Positions 1-10,698 of a stretch of 64,000 bases of DNA are shown one piece after another. Made by a program: the position numbers and the translations under genes. Position 1 is the stretch's first letter; each line of letters begins with the position of its first letter. Below the pieces are notes generated by a model. It saw only the letters and a program-made list of their open reading frames with translations. It searched no databases and was not told the origin of the DNA. Source of the stretch: Massalongia carnosa (taxonomy: Eukaryota); the NCBI GenBank assembly GCA_965645245.1, contig OZ287073.1:434001-498000 (forward strand), in the 5' to 3' direction.

Positions 1-42
1 TAACCAAAACATCAAAAACTCTAAAGATATTAACTGCTTGGC

Positions 43-537
43 TACGCCGCGCAACGGGTTGGGTTTTCGCAACCGGGTTTTTCTTTCAAAACTCAACCCG
101 GACACCAAAAATCATAGGGTTCGCCACAAATGGGTTGGGTTTTCAGTAGAGAAACCCGACCAGTCGGGTTTAGGTCGGGTATTCGGGTCGGGTTTTTTAT
201 ATGGGTTTCCGGGTTAAACCGTTCAACACGGTCAGTTTTTTCTGCAAATTTCAATATGAAAATTCGACGAAAATATGACGTTTAAAGTGATAACTTTTTG
301 CTTACTAATCATTATTTCTTGATAACTAATTTTCAGAACCTTCAAATGTGTTTAAAACGTCTAAAAAAACGGGTTTAAAATTTATATATAAAATCGACCG
401 GGTCGAACGGGTCAAACGGGTTAACCCGAGAATAGTTCCCCAACCTATCGGGTTGAGCCCTACAGGTTCCCCAACCCGGTAGCGGGTCGGGCTCGACTAG
501 ACAAAACCCGACCCCACCCGACCCGTTGCGTGGCGTA
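43..537. mobile_element. Non-autonomous TIR element (hAT-type MITE), copy 1
   Basis: TIR TACGCCGCGCAACGGGT (43) / ACCCGTTGCGTGGCGTA (537); many subterminal CGGGT/ACCCG motifs; AT-rich core homologous to copy 2. No TSD found; a stray TIR tip GCGCGGCGTA follows at 538-547. Confidence 0.75.
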
Positions 538-953
538 GCGCGGCGTACCTATATATAGTATAGTAAGCGGTAGTATCTCCATAGGAGAACTACCATAGTA
601 GCCTTTTGGCTCAGTGGCTTAGGTGACTTATTACAATCCCTATTACAATTTGCTCGACAAAAAATATTTCGATAATTTTAATATATATATTTACGCCGCG
701 CAACGGGTTGGGTCGGGTTTTCGGGTTAGGTTTGGGTTTTTTATGCGGATTTCCGGGTTAAACCCTTCAACCCGGTTAGTTTTCTCTGCAAATTAAATTT
801 GAAAATTCGACGAAAATATAACGTTTAAATTGATATAAAAATTGCTTACTAATCATTATTTCTTGATGACTAATATTCAGAATTTTTAGAATTTTCAAAT
901 GTGTTTAAAACGTTTAAAAAACACGTTTAAAATTGACATATAAAATCTACCGG

Positions 954-2815
954 TGTCACGATTCTACACGGCACGACCTCGGCAATCGGCACCGCCTAGG
1001 GTAATATTAGATGGAACATGCAGGTACTTTCTATTTCGTTCCCGCAGCTACTAGAAGATTCCATGACGACTATACCATATGGGTACTAGCGCAGTAGAGC
1101 ATATATAGGAGCAGGTTCTGGTTGTCGATAGTCTTTTTCCTTCTTCATCTTTATTGTATTCGTTTCTAGTGTTCCTATGACTAGTCTCTAGATAGATCAT
1201 AACATTACAATAAAGATCGTCTTCATCTATTATCCTACGTGAGGGATGTAAAAGAACTCACCGAATCGAGGACTGAAGAAAGAACGACCCTTTCACTAGG
1301 CAAGTCGTACGAAACAGAACCAGAACCAGAACCAGAAGGCCGCCACCCCTACAGCGTGGCACCCAGACCCAGAACCCGAACCCAGAAGAACCATCCTCGG
1401 TGGCGGATGTAAAAGAAACCCACGTCGGAACGATAACGAGCGACCCTTTTACAAGGCCAGTCACCCAGAACCAGAACCAGAAGGCCGCCACCCCTACAGC
1501 GTGACACCCAGACCCAGAACCACTAGAACCAGAAGGCCGCCACCCCTACAGCGTGGCACCCGAACCCAGAAGAACCATCCTCGGTGGCGGATATAAAAGA
1601 AACCCACATCGGAACGACAACGAGCGACCCTTGCACTAGGCCAGTCACCCAGAACCAGAACCAGAAGGCCGCCACCCCTACAGCGTGGCACCCGAACCCA
1701 GAAGAACCATCCTCGGTGGCGGATGTAAAAGAAACCCATATCGGAACGACAACGAGCGACCCTTGCACTAGGCCAGTCACCCAGAACCAGAACCAGAAGG
1801 CCGCCACCCCTACAGCGTGGCACCCAGACCCAGAACCACTAGAACCAGAAGGCCGCCACCCCTACAGCGTGGCACCCGAACCCAGAAGAACCATCCTCGG
1901 TGGCGGATGTAAAAGAAACCCATATCGGAACGACAACGAGCGACCCTTGCACTAGGCCAGTCACCCAGAACCAGAACCAGAAGGCCGCCACCCCTACAGC
2001 GTGGCACCCAGACCCAGAACCACTAGAACCAGAAGGCCGCCACCCCTACAGCGTGGCACCCGAACCCAGAAGAACCATCCTCGGTGGCGGATGTAAAAGA
2101 AAACCACATCGGAACGACAACGAGCGACCCTTGTACTAGGCCAGTCACCCAGAACCCGAACCAGAAGGCCGCCACCCCTACAGCATGGCACCCAGACCCA
2201 AAACCCGAACCCAGAAGAACCATCCTCGGTGGCGGATGTAAAAGAAACCCACATCGGAATGACAACGAGCGACCCTTTCACTAGGCCAGTCAATCAGAAC
2301 CAGAACCACCAGAACCACCAGAACCACCAGAACCACCAGAACCACCAGAACCACCAGACACCAGACACCCAGATACCAGATACCAGATACCAGATACCAG
2401 ATACTAGAAATAAGATACCAGACACCTGACACTAGATACCAGAGACCAGGTCACCGATTATCAGTCCTCTAGACCACCCGTCACCAAAGTACTGCCTGCA
2501 CCGCCTGCACCGCCTGCACCGCCTAGTTCGCGCTCAGGTGATCGCGATTTAAAGCGAAGGGTAGTGTCACGATTCTACACGGCACGACCTCGGTACTCGG
2601 CACCGCCTAGGGTAATATTAGATGGAACATGCAGGCACTTTCGATTTCGTTCCCGCAGCTACTAGAAGATTCCATGACGACTATACCATATGGGTACTAG
2701 CGCAGTAGAGGATATATAGGAGTAGGTTCTGGTTGTCGATAGTGTTTTTCCTTCTTCATCTTTATTGTATTCGTTTCTAGTGTCCCTATGACTAGTCTCT
2801 AGGTAGATCATAACA
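954..2815 (+). mobile_element. Non-autonomous LTR element (TRIM-like) related to the Gypsy at 53847-59802
   Basis: 251-bp LTRs at 954-1204 and 2565-2815 (TG...CA); 5-bp TSD ACCGG; purine tract before the 3' LTR; no coding domains; LTR 3' half, leader and pre-PPT segment match Gypsy-2. Confidence 0.92.
1315..2445 (+). repeat. Composite tandem array inside the TRIM
   Basis: Six copies of a module containing GAACCATCCTCGGTGGCGGAT(G/A)TAAAAGAAA with periods of about 132-184 bp and CCAGAA spacers, then CCAGAACCA and CCAGATA microrepeats at about 2300-2440. Confidence 0.95.
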
Positions 2816-3103
2816 ACCGGGTCGAACGGGTCAAACGAGTTAACCCGAGAACGGCTCCCCAACCCAGTAGTCAAGCCCTACAGATTCCCTAACCCGGTAG
2901 CGGGTTGGGTTCGACTAGTCAAAACCCGACCCAGCCCGACCCGTTGCGCGGCGTATATATATTTCGGATCAAATCATCGTATTTTTCTATGATATTGCAA
3001 TTTTTATAATTGATTCATTTAATAGATTGAAGAAATTTCATTCAACATTTCAATTTTCTCAATATAACGAGTCTTTAAATGCTTTCAAAAATTCTTGAGT
3101 TTC

Positions 3104-3402
3104 TGTGAGGCGAAGTACGAACAGCGTGACTATATGGCTCTACAGTAGTGGTAGGACAATAGAATAGGAGTCGCTATGGAATAGCCGTAGGTGGAGTGTA
3201 ATCAATAGTTTGATCAGTGGCCCTCCGAAAGAGGTAGGCGAAGGGCTCTTTATCCTATAGCCCCACCTCGATCAGGCCACGTTCGTCAAACTAATTACTA
3301 TTACATGATTGGACCGGTTGAGACTATCACATAGGTGTCTTCCCGCGTACCCCCTGCAGAAGTGTGCGAACACTTTATGTCTTGTAGGAAGCTGTCCTGA
3401 CA
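3104..3402. mobile_element. Solo LTR
   Basis: TGT...ACA ends; 5-bp TSD GTTTC at 3099-3103 and 3403-3407. Confidence 0.8.
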
Positions 3403-3706
3403 GTTTCAGATTTTATTGTTGATTAAATTCTTTATCGATAAGAATTCTTCGTTCGTGTGCATTAGGTTTATTATTTTAAATCGTTTTTTTTTCACGAATT
3501 TCAGTCGTTTAAGATTTCGTTGATTTCGTTTAACAAATTAATTCGATGTTAATTTCAAAAAATATTTGTTATATCACGATTCTACACGGCACGACTTCGA
3601 CACCGCCTAGGGCAATCGTAGATGGAGTACGTAGTCACTTTCGATCTCGTTCCTGCAGCTACTAGAAGGTTCTATAACGACTATGCCACATGGGTACTAG
3701 TGCAGT

Positions 3707-6700
3707 TGTAAAGGTAATCATCATAATAAGGGTGTGTAAAAGGATGTCCATTGAGCAAGCTCGTCTATATACAGCTAATCTAGACTAGTCCCAATCTGGA
3801 CCTGCTCCTATCATAAGCCGGGCTTATCACGGAGATAAGCAAGTGTTAGAGTACGAAAGCATGCTATATTATATTATCGTGACAACTTCCCCCGAGCAAA
3901 TAAAGCTGCTACGACCCCGTAGCAATATTATTACTTACTAACTCTGCCATCTTTCCTGGGTCTTCCACGACCCCTCTTTACCGGCACGACTGCTTTTGTA
4001 GCGGGTACCATAGCTCCCGTAGTAGGTGTTAGTGAGGCGGATTGTGGAGTAGGTGTGACCTTTGTAGGACCAATCGTGGACGTTTCAGCGGGAGCCACCT
4101 TTGACATTTGTACTGCCTCACCAGCTGGTGCTGTGATAGCAGGTGTTTCCTTGGTAACTACCGCAGTACTGGAGGGTGTTGACGCAGGTGGACTGCCAAA
4201 GGACAGTGTGGACCCTATGCTCTTTTCGTAGTCATAGACTAATTCCTTGGCATTGTCAAGATCCTTGATGCTATACCATTGATCGAACTCGGGTCCGTAG
4301 CCCTTCCATTTTACCAAGTACTGTATGGACTGTCCGCGGCCTTTCCGGACGACACGTTTATTTAATATCCTTTCTATCTCGTAAGACTTGAGGTAGTCCG
4401 TGTCTCCTTCCACGAAGACGGTGGGTGGATGATCAGGCCTGGGACGGTCAAACGGGTCCGTCGCTGGTGGCGGACAGGGCTCTAGCTGTGCTACCGAGAA
4501 GACAGGATGAACCTTCCAGTGGGGAGGGACGTCAAGGCGGTAAGCCAAGCGGCCGACCTTCTGTAAGACCTTGAAAGGCCCTACGTACTGTTGAGTGAGC
4601 TTCTTGGTTACTCCAGTGGTCGAGGGGATGGAATATCCCTTATGAAGCTTGAGCAGGGCCCATTCTCCCTCCTTCATGAACAAAGGTTGATGTAAGCGGT
4701 CATAGTGCCGTTTATAATTCATACTGGCAAAGGAGATAGCGTCCCTAGCTTGATTTCTAACTGCGGATATTTGTATTTCGGCATCATCCCTGAGAAGATC
4801 CAGGGCCGTGTTTGGAGTAAATCCAAATGCTAGCTCATTAGGAGTCTTTCCGGTGGTGGAAGATGAAGAGTTGTTCAGAGATGACTGAATAGAAACTAGG
4901 ACTTTTGGCCAGTCAGTTGGAGCCTCCAGGGTGCTTATGTGAAAACGTAAGGCAATTTCCGCCGTTTGATTTGTTCGTTCCGAACTTCCATCCGTCTGAG
5001 GATGATAAGCTGTGGAATAGAGTAGGGAAGTACCCAGTCTATGAAAGATCGCCTTCCATAGCTCAGATAGGAACTTTGGATCCCGATCGGTAATAATCAC
5101 CTTGGGCAGACCCCAGTTCATAAGAGAAAGACGTTCGTAGAGAAGGTCTGCCCAATTTACTGCACCGAACGTGGACTTTCCAGGAATCATGGTTATTTGC
5201 TTGGTAAATTTATCCGTTACAGACATTATCGAGTCCCATGCTTCCTTAGTGATGGGAAGTGCTAGGATAAAATCCAAAGTAATAGTATGAAATGGAACCG
5301 GTGGGCTGTCGATGGGCTGAAGACTTCCCCAGGGTTTATGTCTTCTGGTCTGAAGTACTAGACATTCTGGACAGTGTCGTATGTACTCTCGTAATGTCCG
5401 TACCAGGTTCCTAACGTACCATGAACGAGTAACTATCTCATAGCACCTGGCAAATCCAGGATGACCATTTCCATGCGCTATAGCAAATATGTCTTTGACA
5501 CAACTGGCTGGTATACAGAGACGTCTGATACCTGAGAATCTATCTATGTGATAGATGAGATCCTTGTCTGTTTTGCCAATTGGCAAAATGTCCTGAGTTG
5601 ATTTTTCAGTTGAGTTCATCTCAGCTGGATTGACTGGAATTTCCATAGTGTTTCCCCGGGCAAAAGGAATTTTAGCGGCGCCGTCGTCGAGTTTATCGTT
5701 AGTGTCTATCATTTGGATTATATTGATCCATAATTTATCTGTAGAATAACCGGCGATGAGACGTTTTCTGAAGTCATTGCTCATTTCTACGACCGTAGTG
5801 TTATAGACGTATAAGACATCCAACTCCGAGTGATCATCGGCTAAGATAGGCCTCACGTTGGCGCTGGCTAGTCGGGAAAGAGCATCAGGAATGATGTGCT
5901 CTTTGCCTGGTTTATGCCTGATGTCGAGTCGGAATTGACTCAGAAACTGAGAAGCTCTGATCAATCGGACGTTCATTCTCATGGTCGATGTAGTGGCCGT
6001 TATTAGCTTTTGCTTACTGATTTCGATTATAGCGGAGTGATCTGTCTGAACGATCGTTGGATGCTCCGATGATTGGACAAGGTGTCTGACTTTTTTGATG
6101 GTCCATACTAGACCTGCCATCTCTAGTTCAGTAGGCCAGTAGTTCTTTTCAGCCGCCGTAAGGAGACGGCTAAGGAACATGATGGGTTCTATTTGATTTC
6201 TTGAAGGCCATTTTCCGATTGGTACTATAACACCGACTTTGACATGGAAGACTATAACACCATACCCAAAATCTTTGGAGGCGTCTAGGTCTATCCAGAG
6301 AATGCGGTGTGGACTAAAATGAATGAGGATGGAGGGTTTGCTAAGCAGCTTCTGAAGGGTTATAAACGCTGAATTCTCTTTTTCGGTAGGGATTATCTTA
6401 GTACGAGACGTATAATTTCGTCGTTGTTGACCTCCTTTCGGAGATGCCCTTAGAAGGTGCGTTTTTAGGTCTTGTAGAGGGCGGGCTATGCCTGCATAGT
6501 AGTAGATGAAAGAACGTAGATAGCCGGTAAGGCCGAGGTAATGTTCTAAGTCTATCAGTGCCTTGGGGAACTTCAACAGAGATATGGCGCGAAGTTTCTC
6601 CTCGGAGGTGGACATGCCGAGGGAGTTTACCCTCTGCCCGAGAAGATCAACGTCTGCATAGCCTAAAAAAGCCTTCGTGGGCTTGATGGATATTCCAAGC

Positions 6701-9700
6701 TTCTCGAATAAGGAGAAGATTTTCCGAAGATGCATTAAATGCTCATCTAGGGACGTTGATCTTACTACCACGTCATCTATGTAAGCTTTGACAAAGTCAC
6801 GGAAGTCCCGAAGAATGGTGTCCATTTGTCTTTGAACATAAGCAATGGAGTTGCGATTGCCCATCACTGGTACCAAAAAGGTCTCCTGGCCTCGGTGAGT
6901 GACTATTGTTTGCTTATATGTGTCTTCCGGATGAACGCGCCATTGATAGAAGAAAGAATTCGCGTCTAGGACAGAAATGTGAGTACATCCACGAAGGTCT
7001 GCTATGACATCACTTTGTAGATGGACCGGGTAGGCATCAGGGACCAGAAGATCATTCAGGCCTCTGATGTCTACGACGGCACGGCCTTTCCGGACGTCAC
7101 CGATTTTCTTCCAAACGACAAAAACAGGGTAGCTGAGTGGAGTATGCGTATTGGTCCATATTAATCGTCCTTGTCGATGCATTTCGTCAAAGGTTTTATC
7201 TACTATTTCCCTGTCTTCTATTCCCAGGGGATAGACCTTGGATTTTCCAGAGACCTTCGACTGCCAATCCTCGCGAAGGGGTAGCTTCATCCACTGGTTC
7301 ATAGGAACATCAATGAAGCCTTCGTCCAGGTCTGAATAGGCCCTGGTGGCTATCGTGTCGCCATAGGTCATGACACCGTTGGCTAGCTTGGTCTCATACT
7401 TGTTGCAAGATGCTGTGGTAGCTACCTTAATGGAATTTTCTGGGGGAAATGATGAAAGACTTGGAGTAGGTAGATCCATAGTAACAGCAGTCAGAAATGC
7501 TGCTGCTTTAAATGCTTTTTTGAACCAACTTGCCTTTGGTGGTTTGGTGGCAAGGTCTTTGTCAGCTATGTGAAAACATTCGTTATAGTGGACCTCGGAG
7601 ACCTGTCCGAGGCGGAATTTTCTTGGAAGTTCCACTGGTATAGGCGAGTCGTTTCGGACTACGATTTCTGCAGTAAGTGCATCTACGAGGTGATAGTACA
7701 AAGTTACATTTGCTTTATCGGTAGGTTTAAAAAGAAAGTCTCTGTCTGCTGGTAAGATCATGTTGACAGGGACTTTTAACTCAGCACCTGGGGTGACGGT
7801 AACAGCGGACTTTGTGCGAACGGTCTTTCTGATGAACGTTCCACGAGGTCTGACCTGAAGGCTGATGTTTACATCACAGCTACCGATGTAAGCCTTTTTC
7901 TTGTTTATATCAATAACAAATTCTTCTGGTCCAAGTACGTCGTTTCCGATCAGCATATTGGCCTTGAGACCATCCACTATGTGGATTTCACGGGTGATAC
8001 AGGCCAGAACCGACGTTCCATCGGACGCCTTTGAGGCCGGCATGTAGAATGGAACCAAAATGTACTCCTTTGTTTCATGCGTATTGGAACCAATACCTCG
8101 AACTCGTAGCGGATTTGCCATAAGATGAACCTTAGCGTTAGGAATGTCTCTGCTAATCCACTCTCGATCTCCCAAAGTGGAACCACAACCAGTGTCCAGA
8201 CAGCAATCGGTGGATGGACCTTCCGGGGTAAACTTTACCGCTCCCTCGATGAAGTTCCAGTTACGAAAGCCTAGTCCAAAACCGAGGTTTTCTGTAGAAG
8301 CCTTGGATGTGACTATGATAGGAGTAGTGGTAGTGGTGTCTGCTACGGAAGTAGCATAGACGTTCGATCCGTGTTCATTCTCTTTGTCAACTGACAGTTT
8401 GTTAGAAGTGAAATTTGCAAATTTTTTCAAGGTTTTTGAGGCAGGCGATGTCCTGGAACATCCAGACCGTAGGTGTTTGTGTAGTTTGTTCTTCGATGGA
8501 AAGGATTCCTGACAGTTGGTGCAGGAAGAGTCTATGCCGACAAACCAAGCGAAGTCCTCGGATTCCTCTGGTGCATCCTGCTCTGCATAGAACATCTCGT
8601 TCCCATGCTCATCATACCCAGCGAAATTTACCGGCATGTCCTCTGGCTCGACTGAGGATGTTCCGGGGCTCTCCTGCAGATCTTCGTCGTCTTCAACTGA
8701 AGCCTGATACGCCCTCCTATAGCCACCTTGATTTTGTTTGTTTCCTCCTCTTTGATTGCGGTAGTTTGACCTTGGATATCCCTGTGCAGGACGGTCTGGT
8801 TTTGATGAGGAAGCTGATGCGTTTGACGCGTTGGGTGTAGCCGTTATGGCGAGAGGGGTTCGACCGGTGACTTGTAAGGCAGGACCTTGCTGGAACTGCT
8901 GTTGATTGTTAGGACCATTCCATTGTTTGTAGGAGGGACTATTCTGCCAGTTGGCGGATCGGGGCTGGTAGTTCCAACTTTCTGATGAACTACTAAAGAA
9001 AGGCCTTTGTTGACCGATGTTGAACTTACTAGTTGACTTGTTGATTCGGTTGTTAGGCCTGATGTCGTAAGTACGATCAGGTTTGGAGAATCCAGGCGTC
9101 TTCTGCTGGCGAGAGGCTAGTTGCCACCAGATGTGTTTATGATCATCTAGGGAGCGAAGGAAAATATCTAGATCAGTGGCTACGTTAGGTAATGGAAGAT
9201 CTCTCTGGAATTCCACATCCAAGCCGTTGTAGATGAGGAAGATGTGATTAGCGGTGGAGCCAAGTTCGGCCGATTTAGCTGCACGAAGCATGGTGGCAGC
9301 GTACTCTCTGGGCTCTCGATGTTGACGAGCATCTTCCATAGTGTACTTACCTTTGATTACAGCCGCCATGGCGACGTTGGGTGCCTCTTTGAACCGCTTG
9401 TGAAGCTGGGTTGTCCAATGATCAACCCCAGGACCATATCTTACCAAAAGCTTAGCTTCGTCAGATAGCTCGGCTGTGTACCATTGTAGAGCTACGCCTC
9501 TAAGGCATGTGAACAGGTTTTCTCTGATCAACTGGTCACCCTTGATGGCGGAAATATCTTTTACCCTTTCTATGAATAGATGAACATCTCTAAAGTATGT
9601 GTCTTTTCCAACATGCTCAATGGAACTTCCAGTATTGGAAGACTTATCATCGTACATAGGGTCAAAGAAACCTACGTCTGCTGCATTCCACCTTGGTTGC

Positions 9701-10698
9701 CCTGGTGCAGGTCCATCGACCTCTGGCTGGGGGCCTTGGGGACCAGGTGGACCAGGCGGTCCACGCACTGGTGGGTTTTGCCGGTAGTAATCTGCTACGG
9801 CAGCGGCTATCATAGCTTGGAGGGCAGCGTTATCCATGATAACGGCGGGCTGATTGATATGACTTCTGGAACTTTCTGGTCTTCCGAACTCCACGTCGGC
9901 CGAGGTCTGTCTTGTGTTTGGGGCAGTGAGAAGACCAAGTAGATGATCTCGGATTTCCGGGGTAGGTTCCTCCACTGGTGTATTGGCTCTGACCGGGGTG
10001 CCACCTACGGAAGGAGAAAGGTCAAGGTCGAGGTAGTGTAGCAACTGAGGTGTCTCTCGGAAACTCCTTGTTCGGTCAGAAAAGTTTAGAACTACCCTTC
10101 GAAGGGCCGCAGAGTCTGACTTCCAACGAAACGGGTAGTTAGCGGGGACCTGAGATCTAGCACGACCTGATCGGAGGGCAAGGCCTGATGATGATTCCTC
10201 CGGACTTCTGTAGCTGTGGACTATATACTGAATGGTTCGTTCAATGGGAAGGATGTCCGAGCTAAAGCCGTATTCCTTACGGTAATGAAAGAATTGATAG
10301 GCTAACAGAATAAGGTCTTCTGAAAGAGGTGGAGGTGAACCTTGTGGAGGGGAAACAGAGGAGAATTGGGAAGCCAGGTTGGGCCTCGCCACGGTGAATT
10401 CAACCGAGGTGAGCTTTGGCAGGAAGACTGGTTGAAGTGCTACTTCTGGTGGAGGACTCCTCCTGGTGATCTATACAGTAATCAATGGTACTGCGAGACA
10501 GTGCTACCATTTGTAAAGGTAATCATCATAATAAGGGTGTGTAAAAGGATGTCCATTGAGATGTGCGAGCAAGCTCGTCTATATACAGCTAATCTAGACT
10601 AGTCCCAATCTGGACCTGCTCCTATCATAAGCCGGGCTTATCACGGAGATAAGCAAGTGTTAGAGTACGAAAGCATGCTATATTATATTATCGTGACA
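3707..10698 (-). mobile_element. Gypsy/chromovirus LTR retrotransposon (Gypsy-1), apparently full length
   Basis: LTRs at 10512-10698 and 3707-3884, differing by a 9-bp indel; TSD GCAGT; PPT at about 3885-3895; single gag-pol ORF. Confidence 0.97.
3931..10392 (-). CDS. Gag-Pol polyprotein (Gag, Zn finger, protease, RT, RNase H, integrase, chromodomain, AT-hook)
   Basis: Motifs LDTGCG, YIDD, LDAS/TELE/TDH/DALSR, HHCC, DFI/TDRD/SER, GPF, YLVKWKGY and C-terminal KRGRGRPRK. First in-frame ATG is at 9837. Confidence 0.95.
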   Translation of the reverse strand: MARPNLASQFSSVSPPQGSPPPLSEDLILLAYQFFHYRKEYGFSSDILPIERTIQYIVHSYRSPEESSSGLALRSGRARSQVPANYPFRWKSDSAALRRVVLNFSDRTRSFRETPQLLHYLDLDLSPSVGGTPVRANTPVEEPTPEIRDHLLGLLTAPNTRQTSADVEFGRPESSRSHINQPAVIMDNAALQAMIAAAVADYYRQNPPVRGPPGPPGPQGPQPEVDGPAPGQPRWNAADVGFFDPMYDDKSSNTGSSIEHVGKDTYFRDVHLFIERVKDISAIKGDQLIRENLFTCLRGVALQWYTAELSDEAKLLVRYGPGVDHWTTQLHKRFKEAPNVAMAAVIKGKYTMEDARQHREPREYAATMLRAAKSAELGSTANHIFLIYNGLDVEFQRDLPLPNVATDLDIFLRSLDDHKHIWWQLASRQQKTPGFSKPDRTYDIRPNNRINKSTSKFNIGQQRPFFSSSSESWNYQPRSANWQNSPSYKQWNGPNNQQQFQQGPALQVTGRTPLAITATPNASNASASSSKPDRPAQGYPRSNYRNQRGGNKQNQGGYRRAYQASVEDDEDLQESPGTSSVEPEDMPVNFAGYDEHGNEMFYAEQDAPEESEDFAWFVGIDSSCTNCQESFPSKNKLHKHLRSGCSRTSPASKTLKKFANFTSNKLSVDKENEHGSNVYATSVADTTTTTPIIVTSKASTENLGFGLGFRNWNFIEGAVKFTPEGPSTDCCLDTGCGSTLGDREWISRDIPNAKVHLMANPLRVRGIGSNTHETKEYILVPFYMPASKASDGTSVLACITREIHIVDGLKANMLIGNDVLGPEEFVIDINKKKAYIGSCDVNISLQVRPRGTFIRKTVRTKSAVTVTPGAELKVPVNMILPADRDFLFKPTDKANVTLYYHLVDALTAEIVVRNDSPIPVELPRKFRLGQVSEVHYNECFHIADKDLATKPPKASWFKKAFKAAAFLTAVTMDLPTPSLSSFPPENSIKVATTASCNKYETKLANGVMTYGDTIATRAYSDLDEGFIDVPMNQWMKLPLREDWQSKVSGKSKVYPLGIEDREIVDKTFDEMHRQGRLIWTNTHTPLSYPVFVVWKKIGDVRKGRAVVDIRGLNDLLVPDAYPVHLQSDVIADLRGCTHISVLDANSFFYQWRVHPEDTYKQTIVTHRGQETFLVPVMGNRNSIAYVQRQMDTILRDFRDFVKAYIDDVVVRSTSLDEHLMHLRKIFSLFEKLGISIKPTKAFLGYADVDLLGQRVNSLGMSTSEEKLRAISLLKFPKALIDLEHYLGLTGYLRSFIYYYAGIARPLQDLKTHLLRASPKGGQQRRNYTSRTKIIPTEKENSAFITLQKLLSKPSILIHFSPHRILWIDLDASKDFGYGVIVFHVKVGVIVPIGKWPSRNQIEPIMFLSRLLTAAEKNYWPTELEMAGLVWTIKKVRHLVQSSEHPTIVQTDHSAIIEISKQKLITATTSTMRMNVRLIRASQFLSQFRLDIRHKPGKEHIIPDALSRLASANVRPILADDHSELDVLYVYNTTVVEMSNDFRKRLIAGYSTDKLWINIIQMIDTNDKLDDGAAKIPFARGNTMEIPVNPAEMNSTEKSTQDILPIGKTDKDLIYHIDRFSGIRRLCIPASCVKDIFAIAHGNGHPGFARCYEIVTRSWYVRNLVRTLREYIRHCPECLVLQTRRHKPWGSLQPIDSPPVPFHTITLDFILALPITKEAWDSIMSVTDKFTKQITMIPGKSTFGAVNWADLLYERLSLMNWGLPKVIITDRDPKFLSELWKAIFHRLGTSLLYSTAYHPQTDGSSERTNQTAEIALRFHISTLEAPTDWPKVLVSIQSSLNNSSSSTTGKTPNELAFGFTPNTALDLLRDDAEIQISAVRNQARDAISFASMNYKRHYDRLHQPLFMKEGEWALLKLHKGYSIPSTTGVTKKLTQQYVGPFKVLQKVGRLAYRLDVPPHWKVHPVFSVAQLEPCPPPATDPFDRPRPDHPPTVFVEGDTDYLKSYEIERILNKRVVRKGRGQSIQYLVKWKGYGPEFDQWYSIKDLDNAKELVYDYEKSIGSTLSFGSPPASTPSSTAVVTKETPAITAPAGEAVQMSKVAPAETSTIGPTKVTPTPQSASLTPTTGAMVPATKAVVPVKRGRGRPRKDGRVSK

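Larger units (their letters stand above)
692..2955. mobile_element. hAT-type MITE, copy 2, interrupted by TRIM-like element
   Basis: TIR TACGCCGCGCAACGGGT...ACCCGTTGCGCGGCGTA; 8-bp TSD TATATATT at 684-691 and 2956-2963, the length typical of hAT. Confidence 0.85.

Noticed and set aside
1258..2432. Many short repetitive ORFs on both strands
   Set aside because: By-products of the tandem array; mostly non-ATG starts and no domains.
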